The notes under the pieces were generated by a model. The model was not told the origin of the DNA, searched no databases, and was given only the letters and a program-made list of their open reading frames with translations. Shown piece after piece: positions 27,512 through 38,427 of a stretch of 64,000 nucleotides of DNA (position 1 is the first letter of the stretch; each line of letters begins with the position of its first letter). The translations under genes and the position numbers were made by a program. The stretch covers positions 8,951-72,950 of the forward strand of contig JBBAAS010000002.1 in the NCBI GenBank assembly GCA_041658125.1. The letters run 5' to 3'. The DNA is from Candidatus Shapirobacteria bacterium. Its GTDB lineage: Bacteria; Patescibacteriota; Microgenomatia; UBA12405.

Positions 27512-30500
27512 TTACGGAGTTGGAGTGACTCCTGGAGCCAGAGATTTTTGATAACTATCCCTAAAAATTTTTGGCACGAAATGCATCATATCGAGACTTG
27601 TCAGTGTCTTTTTGGGAAGACCGGTAATAATTACATTATTTCCAAATAGACCTTTAATAGTGTCGTATTTCTTGGAAAAAAGTTTTTCCTCCATCATCAT
27701 TTTGGCCTCATCATAGCCAATGGCCGTTGACAAATAGGTTACGCCATCTATTACGTAGGAGGTTTTAGCAGGATTGATAAGCGAAGCTAAAGCCTGAGGA
27801 ACGTTGTTGCTATCGTACAAATAGAACATCTTGAGGTCTTCCAAAGGAGTTTCAGTGACAAGTAGATTGTCACCTGCTTTAGTTAGTCCTGCTAAATTAG
27901 CTTTGCTAAAGATATGATATTCGTCCAAAATAGTGCCGGTTGGGGCTAATATGCCGACAACTTTTAATTTTGAAAGACCAAAGAAATCAGGGATTTCAGA
28001 GTTAACGCCTCTGATAAGTCCTTCTTCTTTCATCATAGCTGCCTCTTTGGCACCTAAAATGACACTACCTTGACCGGATAGATCAGCAGAACCTTCTTCT
28101 AGCTTTATTGATTCCGGTAATTTATCTATTCCGACGAACAGTTTGGGAAAGTTCTCAGCGAAGGCAATCTTTGATGGATTGTCAACCAAAACTCTATTGA
28201 TAGCCGTTTTGGTAGCCGGAGCTGCCTGAATATAAGCAGCCAAGCCTGATTTCGCTTGAACCTCTAACCCACCCATTTGGGATGAGAACCGGGCGAATTC
28301 AACGAAAACCACCAAAAAGATTGTTACCATAGCAAATGGTGCTAATCTGGAAATCCAATTAAATTTACCGGGTCGGTACAATTTGAGAGTCAACGAATTG
28401 GTAACGACCGAAACTGATGATAGAGCCATAGCTAGCCCAGCCAACTCAGGCTTGAGAATTAGACCGGCAAAAGCCAAGGTACGAGCGGCTATGGGAATTC
28501 CCAGCACATTGTAAAACAGGGCAAAAAACATGTTTTGGCGGATTTTGCCAACAGTTTCGCGGGATAAACTAATAGCGGTTAGAACGCCATTTAGGTCGTT
28601 CGTCATTATCACAATTCCGCCCGATTCCATGGCTATATCAGCGCCGGAGGCCATAGCAATTCCAAGATCGGCTTGGGTTAAGGCAGGAGCATCATTAATG
28701 CCATCACCCACCATAGCTACTTTTAGTCCTTTGTCTTGAAGTTTTTTGACTTCTTCGGCTTTGTTTTGAGGTAAAACTTCTGCCAAAACATTGGTAATCC
28801 CAACTTGCTTGGCAATAGCCTCGGCGGTGCGACGATTGTCACCGGTAATCATGTAGACCTCAATACCCATTTTGGTTAATTTGGCGACAACGGAGGCTGA
28901 CGATTCTTTGACTTGATCAGCTACGGCAATTAGTCCCAATATTTTTTCTTTATTGGCGATAATCATGGCCGTTTTACCCTCGTTTTCCATTCGTTCCATA
29001 TCGTATCCGGAGGTTAGAGGTATCTGGTTCTCCTCGAGAAGTTTGCGATTACCAACGAAGTAGATCTGACCATTTACGGTAGCCTTTACTCCGTGACCGG
29101 GAATAGCTTGAAAATCATCGATAGCATAATTTATAGCCCCAGTGTTTTGACCATAACGAACGATGGCTTCAGCCAAAGGATGCTCTGATTTTTGCTCAAT
29201 TGAGTACAAAATCGAGAGGACTGTTTGATCACCTGGTAGGTAATTTATAAAGTCGGTTACTTCGGGTTTTCCCTTGGTCAAAGTCCCGGTTTTATCAAAA
29301 ACGATTGCTTTGATTTTCTCGGCCATTTCCAGAGGTTCACCACCTTTGATGAGAACTCCGTGTTTAGCCCCTTTTCCAGTTCCCACCATAATAGATGTGG
29401 GAGTAGCTAGTCCTAAAGCACAAGGACAGGCGATGACAATAACGGCCACAAAAGCGAGAAGTGAATAAGTTAATGTGGCACCGAGTAGGAAATACCAAGT
29501 GATAAAAGTAAGAATAGCTATTCCAATAACGACTGGCACAAAAATTGAAGAAATTTTGTCAGCCACTCCTTGGATTGGTGCTTTACTCCCTTGAGCATCT
29601 TCAATTAATTTGACGATCTGGCTTAAGGCGGTATCAGCCCCAATTTTAGTGGTTTTAAATTCAAAAGAGCCAGTTTTGTTAATCGAGGCGGTATAAACTT
29701 TTGAGCCAATTTGCTTTTCAACCGGAAGTGATTCACCTGTCAAAATTGATTCGTCGACAGCTGAATAACCGTTTATTACTTCACCATCAACAGGAATTCT
29801 CTCTCCCGGACGTACCACAATAATGTCGTCAACCACCACCTGCTCAACAGGAATATCAATTGGTTGTCCGTTGCGCATTACCCGAGCGGTTTTGGGTGCT
29901 AACCCCATTAATTTTTCGATAGCTTCGGAAGTTTTACCCTTGGCTTTAGCTTCTAGAAATTTACCTAAGGCCACAAAAGTAACCAAGAAAGCGGCCACTT
30001 CAAAATAAAGGTTGGGGACTTTGGTGCCATTAAGTCCAATAATTGAACCGGTTTCACTTAAATATTTAATAAATTCATAAACACTATATGTAAAAGCAGT
30101 ACCAGTACCGATAGCGATTAATGAATCCATTGAAAAAGTTCGCATTTTTAGAGCTGACCAAAAGCCGGCAAAAAAGTTGGAACCAACATAAAAGAGAACT
30201 GGGGTTGCCAATAACAGTGATACTATTCCGGCATAAGGCATGATAGTGGTCTTTAGAGGAATGGCATTGGTAAAGTCATAAGCCATAAACAAGATCATGG
30301 GTAAACTAAGGACAAATCCCATGACAAATTTAGAAAACCAATAGCTAATTTCATGTTGGCGTTTTTCTTTTTGATCCTCTTCTTTTTCACCAGGCATCGT
30401 AGCTTTGTATCCGGCATTTTCCACACCTTTGATTAAATCTTCAACTTTAGCGGTCATTGGGTTGTAAACAATTCTGGCTTTTTCGGAGGCAAAATTAACA

Positions 30501-30901
30501 TTGGCTTCAGTCACACCCGGGACTTTTTTAAGGGATCTTTCAATCAACCCGGCACATGAAGAACAATGCATTCCACTCAAACTTAATAGTGCCACTTGAG
30601 TATTTGAAGAGGCGATAACTTTCAGGGGTAATTCTGAGTGCCCATTACTTTTGATGTTTACAGAACCGTCTTCTTGAGGAACAGCCGTATATCCGGACTC
30701 TTTAACATTGGCGACTAAATCGGTAACTTTTATTTTAAATGGATCAAAATCGACCACCACCTGTTTGTTTTCTAAGGACGCCGCTACAGAAGTAACTCCT
30801 TTTTGATCTTTGAGACCCAAGGTTATCAACTTAGGGCATGAAGGACAGTGCATATCGGAAACCGATAAAATCACCTGCTTTGATTTTATTGTTTTTGCCA
30901 T
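27512..30901 (-). CDS. copA: Cu(I) P1B-1 ATPase with two HMA domains and a long C-terminal extension
   Basis: MHCPSC, MHCSSC, CPCALGL, DKTGT, GDGIND, YN, MALSS; extra TM plus ~250 aa after the ATPase core. Confidence 0.95.
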   Translation of the reverse strand: MAKTIKSKQVILSVSDMHCPSCPKLITLGLKDQKGVTSVAASLENKQVVVDFDPFKIKVTDLVANVKESGYTAVPQEDGSVNIKSNGHSELPLKVIASSNTQVALLSLSGMHCSSCAGLIERSLKKVPGVTEANVNFASEKARIVYNPMTAKVEDLIKGVENAGYKATMPGEKEEDQKEKRQHEISYWFSKFVMGFVLSLPMILFMAYDFTNAIPLKTTIMPYAGIVSLLLATPVLFYVGSNFFAGFWSALKMRTFSMDSLIAIGTGTAFTYSVYEFIKYLSETGSIIGLNGTKVPNLYFEVAAFLVTFVALGKFLEAKAKGKTSEAIEKLMGLAPKTARVMRNGQPIDIPVEQVVVDDIIVVRPGERIPVDGEVINGYSAVDESILTGESLPVEKQIGSKVYTASINKTGSFEFKTTKIGADTALSQIVKLIEDAQGSKAPIQGVADKISSIFVPVVIGIAILTFITWYFLLGATLTYSLLAFVAVIVIACPCALGLATPTSIMVGTGKGAKHGVLIKGGEPLEMAEKIKAIVFDKTGTLTKGKPEVTDFINYLPGDQTVLSILYSIEQKSEHPLAEAIVRYGQNTGAINYAIDDFQAIPGHGVKATVNGQIYFVGNRKLLEENQIPLTSGYDMERMENEGKTAMIIANKEKILGLIAVADQVKESSASVVAKLTKMGIEVYMITGDNRRTAEAIAKQVGITNVLAEVLPQNKAEEVKKLQDKGLKVAMVGDGINDAPALTQADLGIAMASGADIAMESGGIVIMTNDLNGVLTAISLSRETVGKIRQNMFFALFYNVLGIPIAARTLAFAGLILKPELAGLAMALSSVSVVTNSLTLKLYRPGKFNWISRLAPFAMVTIFLVVFVEFARFSSQMGGLEVQAKSGLAAYIQAAPATKTAINRVLVDNPSKIAFAENFPKLFVGIDKLPESIKLEEGSADLSGQGSVILGAKEAAMMKEEGLIRGVNSEIPDFFGLSKLKVVGILAPTGTILDEYHIFSKANLAGLTKAGDNLLVTETPLEDLKMFYLYDSNNVPQALASLINPAKTSYVIDGVTYLSTAIGYDEAKMMMEEKLFSKKYDTIKGLFGNNVIITGLPKKTLTSLDMMHFVPKIFRDSYQKSLAPGVTPTP

Positions 30902-30905
30902 AGTT

Positions 30906-31124
30906 TCAGTTGAGACTGGCGGTATAGCCAATTTCATGAATTGAATTTATAAGCGCATCTGTTGAAGTTTTTTGTGGATCAAAGTTAACAACGACAGTCT
31001 TACTATCAAGTGATGCCGATGCTTCGGTAACACCATCAATTTCCAGTAAAGTTATTTTTATTAACTTAAGACAAGAATCGCAGTGCATATCGGGAACGCT
31101 AAGAGTGATATTTTGGTTTGACAT
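30906..31124 (-). CDS. copZ: Copper chaperone (single HMA domain)
   Basis: 72 aa, DMHCDSC. Confidence 0.9.
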   Translation of the reverse strand: MSNQNITLSVPDMHCDSCLKLIKITLLEIDGVTEASASLDSKTVVVNFDPQKTSTDALINSIHEIGYTASLN

Positions 31125-31147
31125 ATTTAGTTAAAAATAATTAATAA

Positions 31148-32677
31148 TTATTTACTACCTCCGCAAGTGGAGCCACCTCCGCCGCCACAACCACAACCTT
31201 TGGCGCCTGATCCGACTGGTTGGACTCCGGCAGCAGTTCCGGTTGAACCACTGGCATCAACAATTTCGACAGTACCGGAAACCATACCCATCCAACAGCT
31301 GAACTTGTAGACTCCGGGTTTTGGAGAAGTAAATTCCTTAACTGATGTGGTGCCATCGACCAAATCGATTTGGCCGTCAAAGAGACTGCGGGACATAATG
31401 GCATTGGTACAGCCGCTTATATTGTTGGTAGCAATTTCCCATCTGGTAGGAGTGTTGGCACGCATACGAATTCGATTAGGTACATAACCACTTGAAGAGG
31501 CATCTATTTTGACTACCTGCTTGCCATTAACCATTGGAGGTAATTCACCTGCAGTTAGGGAAGTTTGAGCACTAGTCGGTGCTGAAATAAGATCGTTAAC
31601 GTTGGAGATTCCTAGAACTGATAACTGTGAATTGATATTGAAGGCGGCGAAAAATAATACTAATAACCCTGCCACCATGGAAAATTGTTTTGATGACTTT
31701 GGATTACTGTGGAATTTAACACTGCTAAGACCAATGGCTAATAACCCCGGCACTGTACCAAGAGCAAACAGACCCATAATCAGTGCTCCTTGAAGTGGAT
31801 TACCAGAGGCCAGAGCTAGAGCTTGAGCCGTAATAGTAAAACCGCAAGGTAAAAAGAAAGTTAGTGCACCCATAAGTAAAGGAGCAAACCGACCTCGGAA
31901 GTTTGATTCATCGGCGACTTTCCTGGTAATCGATTTAGGTAATCTAATTTGAAAATTACGAAGTGCTTTGACCCCGACCATTTGTAGACCAAGTAAAACC
32001 ATGATGAGCGAAACCCCAATAACTAGTCCGGCAGAGACTATTGGAGATAATCTAAAGAAGTTACCTGCCATACCTAAAATAGCACCAAAACCAGCATAAC
32101 CCGCCACCCGACCAATGTTAAAGAGAAAGTGGGGCTCAGCTTTATTTAAGATTGAGTCAGAGTCACTATAAGATGAGAGCCATTGTTTACTTAAAGACAA
32201 AATTATTCCACCAACCAAGGCGGCACAACTGGAAACTCCAGCCAATAATCCAAATAAGAAAAAAATGGGCAGAGATGACTGAGCGTTAACTGAAATTAAT
32301 GAGGACAGACCTGTTTTTGAGAGAAAAATGTATCCAATGATAAAAGCGGCGGCGATAAATAATAAAGTGTATGGATTCGATGGTTCTTCATCCGGCATAG
32401 CACAATGACTATCAGTCGCAATTTGTGTAGATTTCTTAAATGGATTTGGAGAAAAGCGGTAACCATCTTCGGCAAAAATATTATTTAGATATTCCGGAGT
32501 AATTTTTTTATCCGCCTGATATTCAATTGTGACTGTTCCTTTTGAAAGTGAAACATCAACCATTTCCACCGAGTCCTCTTTAACTATTTTCTTTTCGATT
32601 AATATTTCGCAGGATGCGCAATGCATCCCCCGTACATAGTAGGTGGAGGTCGTGAGTGTTGGTTTTTGTTTTAACAT
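31148..32677 (-). CDS. HMA + DsbD_2/TauE-like membrane domain + cupredoxin fusion
   Basis: GMHCASC, SSCAALVGG, FFLPCG, FSCWMGM, C-terminal GCGCGG..TCGG. Confidence 0.9.
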   Translation of the reverse strand: MLKQKPTLTTSTYYVRGMHCASCEILIEKKIVKEDSVEMVDVSLSKGTVTIEYQADKKITPEYLNNIFAEDGYRFSPNPFKKSTQIATDSHCAMPDEEPSNPYTLLFIAAAFIIGYIFLSKTGLSSLISVNAQSSLPIFFLFGLLAGVSSCAALVGGIILSLSKQWLSSYSDSDSILNKAEPHFLFNIGRVAGYAGFGAILGMAGNFFRLSPIVSAGLVIGVSLIMVLLGLQMVGVKALRNFQIRLPKSITRKVADESNFRGRFAPLLMGALTFFLPCGFTITAQALALASGNPLQGALIMGLFALGTVPGLLAIGLSSVKFHSNPKSSKQFSMVAGLLVLFFAAFNINSQLSVLGISNVNDLISAPTSAQTSLTAGELPPMVNGKQVVKIDASSSGYVPNRIRMRANTPTRWEIATNNISGCTNAIMSRSLFDGQIDLVDGTTSVKEFTSPKPGVYKFSCWMGMVSGTVEIVDASGSTGTAAGVQPVGSGAKGCGCGGGGGSTCGGSK

Positions 32678-32713
32678 ACTACATAGTGTAGTATGTGTCT
32701 AGAGTACTGTCAA
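32675..32713 (-). promoter_or_regulatory. Promoter with overlapping BlaI/CopY-type operator
   Basis: TTGACA-17-TACACT-7 nt-ATG; palindrome CATACTACA-TAG-TGTAGTATG. Confidence 0.85.
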
Positions 32714-32721
32714 TGGGCAAA

Positions 32722-33666
32722 TTATTGGCAATGATCGGAAGTAGAAAATACGTTACTTTGGGGGTGTATTGCAGTAACTAAAGGTTGGCTATTGGGAGTG
32801 ACTAACAACTCAATACATTTAAGTAAATGCTGGCAATCATAAAAGATATTGGTGTTTTTCACAAACAATGCTCCGGATAAAATTACCATCAAAACTAACG
32901 AATAGTAAGCCATTGGTATTTTTAAAAACTGCTTCTTTTGACCTACTAATATTTTAATTCTTTCGCTTTGACTATTAAAATAACTCATGCCGGGCTCAAA
33001 ATTTTGACTCTGAAACTTTAATAGAGCTGAGACTAAAGGTAACTTATTATTTATTTTATCTTCAGAAAATTGATCCGAAGATACCTCAACTAAGGTTAAG
33101 TAGTTTTCGATTAACCAATTCTTTCCGGGAATAACTGGTAGAACTGATTTAACAAAATTAGCCACAAATATTTTCAGAGGATGCAAGTTGTTTTTGTGGT
33201 TTATTTCGTGTTCGATCATGGCACTTATTTCCTCTTGGTTGTGAGTTTTAAAAATAGCTGATGATATAAAAATCTTGGGTCTAAAAAATCCTAAAGTAAA
33301 AATAGAGATTTCACTTGATTTAAACCTAGAGAACTCCTTGGCCATACCAACAATCTCAAGTTTATTTGCAATCGCTTTGGCCCCACCAGCACTTTTAATT
33401 GATTTAACTAGAGTTTTGATATATCTAATCATAAGTCCAATTAAAATTATTCCCGGAACAACATTGAGTAAAAATAATTTGGAAGTTACCAACCCAATGA
33501 GGCTGTTGTCAAATTTTAAAGCATCCAATAAAAAGATTATTTGCATCATAAAAGCCGGAATGATCTTTTCCGAGGCAAAAACAAGCAGGGCAGTATAAAA
33601 AAGACCGGAAAAAGCAATTAAATAAAAATAAAGATTAGAAATTAAATTTAATCTTTTGGAGTTCAT
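32722..33666 (-). CDS. M56 (BlaR1/MecR1-type) membrane metallopeptidase lacking a penicillin-sensor domain
   Basis: GFFRPKIFIS, HEINH, E.SSD; paired with BlaI. Confidence 0.88.
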   Translation of the reverse strand: MNSKRLNLISNLYFYLIAFSGLFYTALLVFASEKIIPAFMMQIIFLLDALKFDNSLIGLVTSKLFLLNVVPGIILIGLMIRYIKTLVKSIKSAGGAKAIANKLEIVGMAKEFSRFKSSEISIFTLGFFRPKIFISSAIFKTHNQEEISAMIEHEINHKNNLHPLKIFVANFVKSVLPVIPGKNWLIENYLTLVEVSSDQFSEDKINNKLPLVSALLKFQSQNFEPGMSYFNSQSERIKILVGQKKQFLKIPMAYYSLVLMVILSGALFVKNTNIFYDCQHLLKCIELLVTPNSQPLVTAIHPQSNVFSTSDHCQ

Positions 33667-34037
33667 TTATGTGATTCAAGATATTTCTTTAATAAAGTCA
33701 TATCTTCTTTATTATTTTTGACGACATCAACAAAGTTGGCAATGGCTGTTTTTCCATAAGAATTAACCAAATCGCCAAAGATATCTTTTAAATTTGTTTC
33801 GACGAATACTTTTCGACATGAGACGGGTGAATAAAGATAGACTTTACCCTCCATTTTTCGCTTAAGTATTTTTCTTTCAGATAACCTCTTTAAAATCGTC
33901 ATCACAGTGGTGTAGGCATAGCCCTCACCGAGTTGTTCCAAAACTTCGGCTGGCTTTAGCGGATTTTCTGTTTTCCAGATAATATCCATTATCTTTGTTT
34001 GGAGAGAACCGAGCATCTCTGTATTTACGTGCTTCAT
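33663..34037 (-). CDS. BlaI/MecI/CopY-family repressor
   Basis: LGSLQ.KIMDIIW, AYTTVMTILKRL..K..L.R...GKVYLY.P. Confidence 0.93.
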   Translation of the reverse strand: MKHVNTEMLGSLQTKIMDIIWKTENPLKPAEVLEQLGEGYAYTTVMTILKRLSERKILKRKMEGKVYLYSPVSCRKVFVETNLKDIFGDLVNSYGKTAIANFVDVVKNNKEDMTLLKKYLESHK

Positions 34038-34072
34038 ACTACATAGTGTAGCACTTGAAAATAAAATATCAA
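34035..34072 (-). promoter_or_regulatory. Autoregulatory promoter/operator of the BlaI-family gene
   Basis: TACTAC-ATAGT-GTAGCA overlapping TGnTACACT, 7 nt before the ATG; -35 TTGATA. Confidence 0.8.
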
Positions 34073-34101
34073 CAACAGGGGAAAAGATGGAGTAAAATAA
34101 G

Positions 34102-34722
34102 ATGATGAGAAAGTATTTGGGGTTGCTGGTTTTGACAGCAATATTGCTTGCCGGCTGTGTTAAAGAAAAAGAAACTGAAATAATGAAGGTGGGGACCGAA
34201 ACGGGGAAATGTAAAGAAGAAGCGGTGGCGATTACCGGTTACGGAGATAAAGGAAAAAGATTAAGTAATTGTTTTGTTGAGTATCCGGGAGAACCGACAA
34301 GAGAAGATAAAAGTTACTATGTATTGGAAGATATTTGTGGGCAGTTTACCAAAGAATTTATGGAAAGGGTTTTAGAAAAGCCGGTAGTGAGGGTAGAGCC
34401 ATCAAAGATTAACAGCCTTTATAATTGCAGTTATTATGTAAACGACAGCGGAGATTATGTAATGCTGGTGCTGGATTATTTAAAAGCGGAAAACCAAAAA
34501 CTAGGGCATGAAGCGATAGGAAGAAGAGTGGAGGTGAGCGATAAAATCCCGATGAAAAATATGGTGGTGTGGCAAGAAGACGGAGCAATTAATTCGATTT
34601 ATTTGGTGCTGGGAGAGGAAAAATTTATCAGCATTCAGCGATCGTCAACCAAGGCGTTAACCAATGAGGAAGATTTGAATTTGGCGGCAAAAATCGGAGA
34701 AACAATAAAAAACTACAAGTAA
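34102..34722 (+). CDS. Hypothetical lipoprotein
   Basis: Lipobox LLAGC. Confidence 0.8.
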   Translation: MMRKYLGLLVLTAILLAGCVKEKETEIMKVGTETGKCKEEAVAITGYGDKGKRLSNCFVEYPGEPTREDKSYYVLEDICGQFTKEFMERVLEKPVVRVEPSKINSLYNCSYYVNDSGDYVMLVLDYLKAENQKLGHEAIGRRVEVSDKIPMKNMVVWQEDGAINSIYLVLGEEKFISIQRSSTKALTNEEDLNLAAKIGETIKNYK

Positions 34723-34801
34723 GCACCGGTGATTAGGAATAAAATTCAGCTAATTTTCAGAATTAACAAATAAACTTGAGTCATTAGAGATTATAAATAA
34801 A

Positions 34802-35242
34802 ATGAAAAGTACAAATATATTATTGGCGGTGTTAATTTTAATTTTAGTTGGTGGCGGAGCATTTTTCGCAGGGACAAAATATCAGCAAAGTAAAACACCA
34901 CAAGTCGGAGCAAGAGGACAATTTGGAAACGGACAAACGGGAGGTAATAGACAAGGAACGGGAATGAGAGGAGGAGCGGTTGTGGGAGAGATTCAAAGCC
35001 TGGACAGCAATACTTTAACAATAAAGACTCAAGATGGCGGTTCAAAAATAGTAATATTGTCAGATTTGACAAAAATTAATAAAGCGGCAGAAGCAACTAA
35101 AAATGATTTAATGACAGGACAGACGGTAAGCATATTTGGAACGGCTAACACTGACGGAAGTGTGACGGCTCAAAACATTCAGCTAAATCCGATAATGCGA
35201 GCGCCGGGAAACAGCACCGGAACACCAACGCCGACAAAATAA
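34802..35242 (+). CDS. Membrane-anchored OB-fold (DUF5666-like) protein
   Basis: TM, Gly-rich linker, GEI.S.D..TLT...DL..GQ.V.I.G...DGSVTA..I. Confidence 0.75.
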   Translation: MKSTNILLAVLILILVGGGAFFAGTKYQQSKTPQVGARGQFGNGQTGGNRQGTGMRGGAVVGEIQSLDSNTLTIKTQDGGSKIVILSDLTKINKAAEATKNDLMTGQTVSIFGTANTDGSVTAQNIQLNPIMRAPGNSTGTPTPTK

Positions 35243-35419
35243 CTAGCTAGCCAATTTGGTAATTGAAATTCGGGTTTAGTTCGGGTATAATAAGGCTGTG
35301 AAGGTAGCTACCGGATGGATTATTAAAGTAATTTTAGGGTTGGCTTTAATTGACTGGATAGTGTTAAAAGATTTGGCAGGGACAATAACAAAGTTAATGG
35401 AGTAAAATAAGAATAAGTT

Positions 35420-36088
35420 ATGGGTTTTGAATTTAAAATGAAAAAACTATTTCTAGGATTAGTAGTGGCAGGAGGAGCGATATTTTTAGGAGGGTGTACT
35501 TTGTTTAATAATTCCAAAACGGAAATTAAGGAAGAGATAAATTCAGAAGAGTTGACACAAACACAAAAACAGGAAGGAGGCCAAATGAGCTTGGGAGAAA
35601 TTTTGGGGGGAAAGTCACAAAAGTGTAGTTGGACCGTTACAGACACAAAGGGAAATATGAACGGAATAATTTATGTGGATGGAAAAAATTTTAAACAAAC
35701 AATTAAAATTGAAGGGCAGAATATGGAAAGTTATGTATTAAGCGACAGCAAGTGGTTGTATATGTGGAGCTCGGCAAATCCAAAAGTCGGAACAAAAATG
35801 CAAATTCCTGACCAAACTAAGGGCGGGGAAACGGCAACTTTGGGAGCGGCAATTGATTGGCAGAAAAAATATGACTATAAGTGTGAAGGATGGACGCCAA
35901 CGGGAAAAGAGTTTGAATTGCCAGTGGGAACAGTATTTAGCGATTTATCAAAACAACTACAGAGCCTGACAGGCACTCCCGGCTTTTCAATGGACGAGGT
36001 TAAAAAGAAAACATGTGAATTTTGCCAACAAATAGGAACAGAAGCGGAGAAAAAAAGTTGCCTTGAAGAGTCCGGGTGTAACCAATAG
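35420..36088 (+). CDS. Hypothetical lipoprotein
   Basis: Lipobox FLGGC; paired cysteines. Confidence 0.78.
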   Translation: MGFEFKMKKLFLGLVVAGGAIFLGGCTLFNNSKTEIKEEINSEELTQTQKQEGGQMSLGEILGGKSQKCSWTVTDTKGNMNGIIYVDGKNFKQTIKIEGQNMESYVLSDSKWLYMWSSANPKVGTKMQIPDQTKGGETATLGAAIDWQKKYDYKCEGWTPTGKEFELPVGTVFSDLSKQLQSLTGTPGFSMDEVKKKTCEFCQQIGTEAEKKSCLEESGCNQ

Positions 36089-36107
36089 GATTTGGTAGAA
36101 TTGGAAA

Positions 36108-37319
36108 GTGAAAAAATATGTTTTTTGGGGGGTAGTGATCGCATTTTTTGTGTTTCTAAGGTGTTGGAAGATTGAAGAAAGAATTAATTTTTCGATGGAT
36201 CAAGGAGAGTCCCTGTTAAAAGTGAGAGAGTTATGGAAAAATAGGGAATTGACACTATTGGGTCCGCCAAGTTCGTTGACGGTATTTGGCAGGCAGTTCT
36301 TTTTCGGACCAATGGTTTATTACCTGTTGATGGGAATAATGCTTTTAGCTAATTGGCAACCGATCAGAGGAGCAGTGATATTGGTACTGTTAAATTTGGG
36401 GTCGATGATATTTTTATATCTGGGGGTAAAAAAACTAATAAATAAGGAGGTGGCAAGATTAAGCTGTCTTTTGTGGGTTTTTTGCCCGGCAAGTATTGAT
36501 TATTCAAATAATTTATGGAACCCAAGCTTAATGTTGCTGATAATACCAGTGGCAATATATTTCTTTGCCTTAACAGCAAAGAGAGGAAAATTTTTTGATT
36601 TTGGATTATTAGGATTAAGTTTAGGGGTAGGGTTACAGCTTCATTTTCAAGTGGCAATACTGATTGGACTGACGGCGTTTTTCGTAATTATTAGAAAAGA
36701 AGGAAAGGGGATATTTTGGTATTGCCTGGGTTTAATAATTGGATATGCTCCATTACTTCTGTTTGATATAAGAAATAATTTTTACAACGTAGAAACAATG
36801 TGGTTGTGGTTGAATGAGGGGAATAAAACGAGATTGACGTTATCTGATCATTATTTTTTAAGTTGGTGGCCAATAATAATAATTGGCTTGGGATGGTTGG
36901 GTAAAAAGTACCGATACGTAGGTATAATAACGATAATTGTTTTGATGGTAATGGCAGGAAAAACTTTAACAAGAAGCCAAGCTAAAGGAATGCCTGATTT
37001 TTGGAATTATAAAGACTTAAAGAAAACGGAAGAAATTATATCGGAACAAAAAAATGAGAAGGATTTTAATATAGTTAATTTACTATCCGGAGATACAAGG
37101 TTTTACCCCCTGAGATATTTATTAACGATTAAGGATATAAAACCGATGCCGGTCAACAAGTACAGTGAAGCAGAACAGTTGTGGGTGATAGCAGATAATA
37201 ATCAAAAGGTGACGGATAATCCGGTTTGGGAAATCAGTAGTATGGGAAAAAGTAAAATCAGTAACGTTTGGCAAATAAATGAAAAAGTAAATTTATATAA
37301 GTTGATGAAAGACAAATAA
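36108..37319 (+). CDS. GT-C (PMT/ArnT-like) membrane glycosyltransferase
   Basis: F.MDQ, LLGP, GP..YYL, WNP, QLH motifs; many TM helices. Confidence 0.82.
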   Translation: MKKYVFWGVVIAFFVFLRCWKIEERINFSMDQGESLLKVRELWKNRELTLLGPPSSLTVFGRQFFFGPMVYYLLMGIMLLANWQPIRGAVILVLLNLGSMIFLYLGVKKLINKEVARLSCLLWVFCPASIDYSNNLWNPSLMLLIIPVAIYFFALTAKRGKFFDFGLLGLSLGVGLQLHFQVAILIGLTAFFVIIRKEGKGIFWYCLGLIIGYAPLLLFDIRNNFYNVETMWLWLNEGNKTRLTLSDHYFLSWWPIIIIGLGWLGKKYRYVGIITIIVLMVMAGKTLTRSQAKGMPDFWNYKDLKKTEEIISEQKNEKDFNIVNLLSGDTRFYPLRYLLTIKDIKPMPVNKYSEAEQLWVIADNNQKVTDNPVWEISSMGKSKISNVWQINEKVNLYKLMKDK

Positions 37320-37335
37320 AAAGTGATAGAGAAGA

Positions 37336-38388
37336 TTAGGGGCTGAAAATACCGCGATTGAGATTTTCGTGGGTAATTGAGGGAGTAACACGAAGAAACT
37401 TGGCTTTTTGATGAAGTTCGGGGATGTTAAAAGCGCCGCAGTAGGAAAGGCCGGAACGGATACCCATTTCCAATTTTTGAAGAGTGTCAGCAATCGGACC
37501 AGTAGACGGAACTAAGCCTTCAATACCTTCGACATAACTTGTATATTCTGCCGATTTATCGGCAGGATTTTGGGCTAATTGACTAAGTTTTTCAGTTTTA
37601 GAAGTAGAGCCATTGTAGGTTTTGTAGGGCTGACCATTAACCTCAACCGGCTTACCGGCAGACTCATCGGCTCCGGCAAGTAGAAAACCGGTAGAGATAG
37701 CGTCAGCACCAGCAGCCAGAGCTTTGACGATATCGCCAGAGTTTTTAGTACCGCCGTCGGCAATAAGAGGTCGATTAAATTCCCGGGCCGCTTTGGCGGT
37801 CTCGAGAATGGCAGTAATTTGAGGAACACCACAGCCGGTAGTCATTCGAGTGGTACAAATGGAACCGGGACCGACACCAACCCGAACAGCATCGGCACCG
37901 GCATCATAGAGGTCATAAGCGCCGTTATAGGTACCAACGACACCAGCAATAATTTCCAAATCGGGATAACGTTTTTTGACGTCCTGAAGAAAAGTGAGAC
38001 AAGATTCCTGATGGCCGTGAGCAATGTCAATAGTAATAGCCCGAATGCCGAGAGAATAAAGTAAATCAACCCGGGCGTGTTCCAGAGGCTTAATACCAAC
38101 AGCAGGAATAGTCAAAAAACCGGCGTCTAAAATTTGCTTGATTTCCGCGGCCTGAATGGGCGGTGGGGCAAAACGGGGGTAAAAACTAGTACCGCCATAT
38201 TTGGCCATAGAAACAGCCAGATTGACTCCAGTGACACAGTCCATATTTTCAGCAATCAGGGGAAAATCGATGGCGATTTTGGGAGTTAAATGAGTTTTAA
38301 GAGAAATTTGACTGCGGGAAGAAACCCTAGAACGCTGTGGTTCCAAAAGGACGTCAGAAAAAGTTAAAGCCAAAGGAAAATCAGTCAT
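37336..38388 (-). CDS. guaB: IMP dehydrogenase / GMP reductase family, no CBS domains
   Basis: LTFSDVLL.P, DIAHGH, VGVGPGSICTTR, IADGG, SGDIVKALAAGA. Confidence 0.85.
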   Translation of the reverse strand: MTDFPLALTFSDVLLEPQRSRVSSRSQISLKTHLTPKIAIDFPLIAENMDCVTGVNLAVSMAKYGGTSFYPRFAPPPIQAAEIKQILDAGFLTIPAVGIKPLEHARVDLLYSLGIRAITIDIAHGHQESCLTFLQDVKKRYPDLEIIAGVVGTYNGAYDLYDAGADAVRVGVGPGSICTTRMTTGCGVPQITAILETAKAAREFNRPLIADGGTKNSGDIVKALAAGADAISTGFLLAGADESAGKPVEVNGQPYKTYNGSTSKTEKLSQLAQNPADKSAEYTSYVEGIEGLVPSTGPIADTLQKLEMGIRSGLSYCGAFNIPELHQKAKFLRVTPSITHENLNRGIFSP

Positions 38389-38427
38389 AGATAATTTAAG
38401 TCTAGCAGAAATTGATAAAATAGACCG

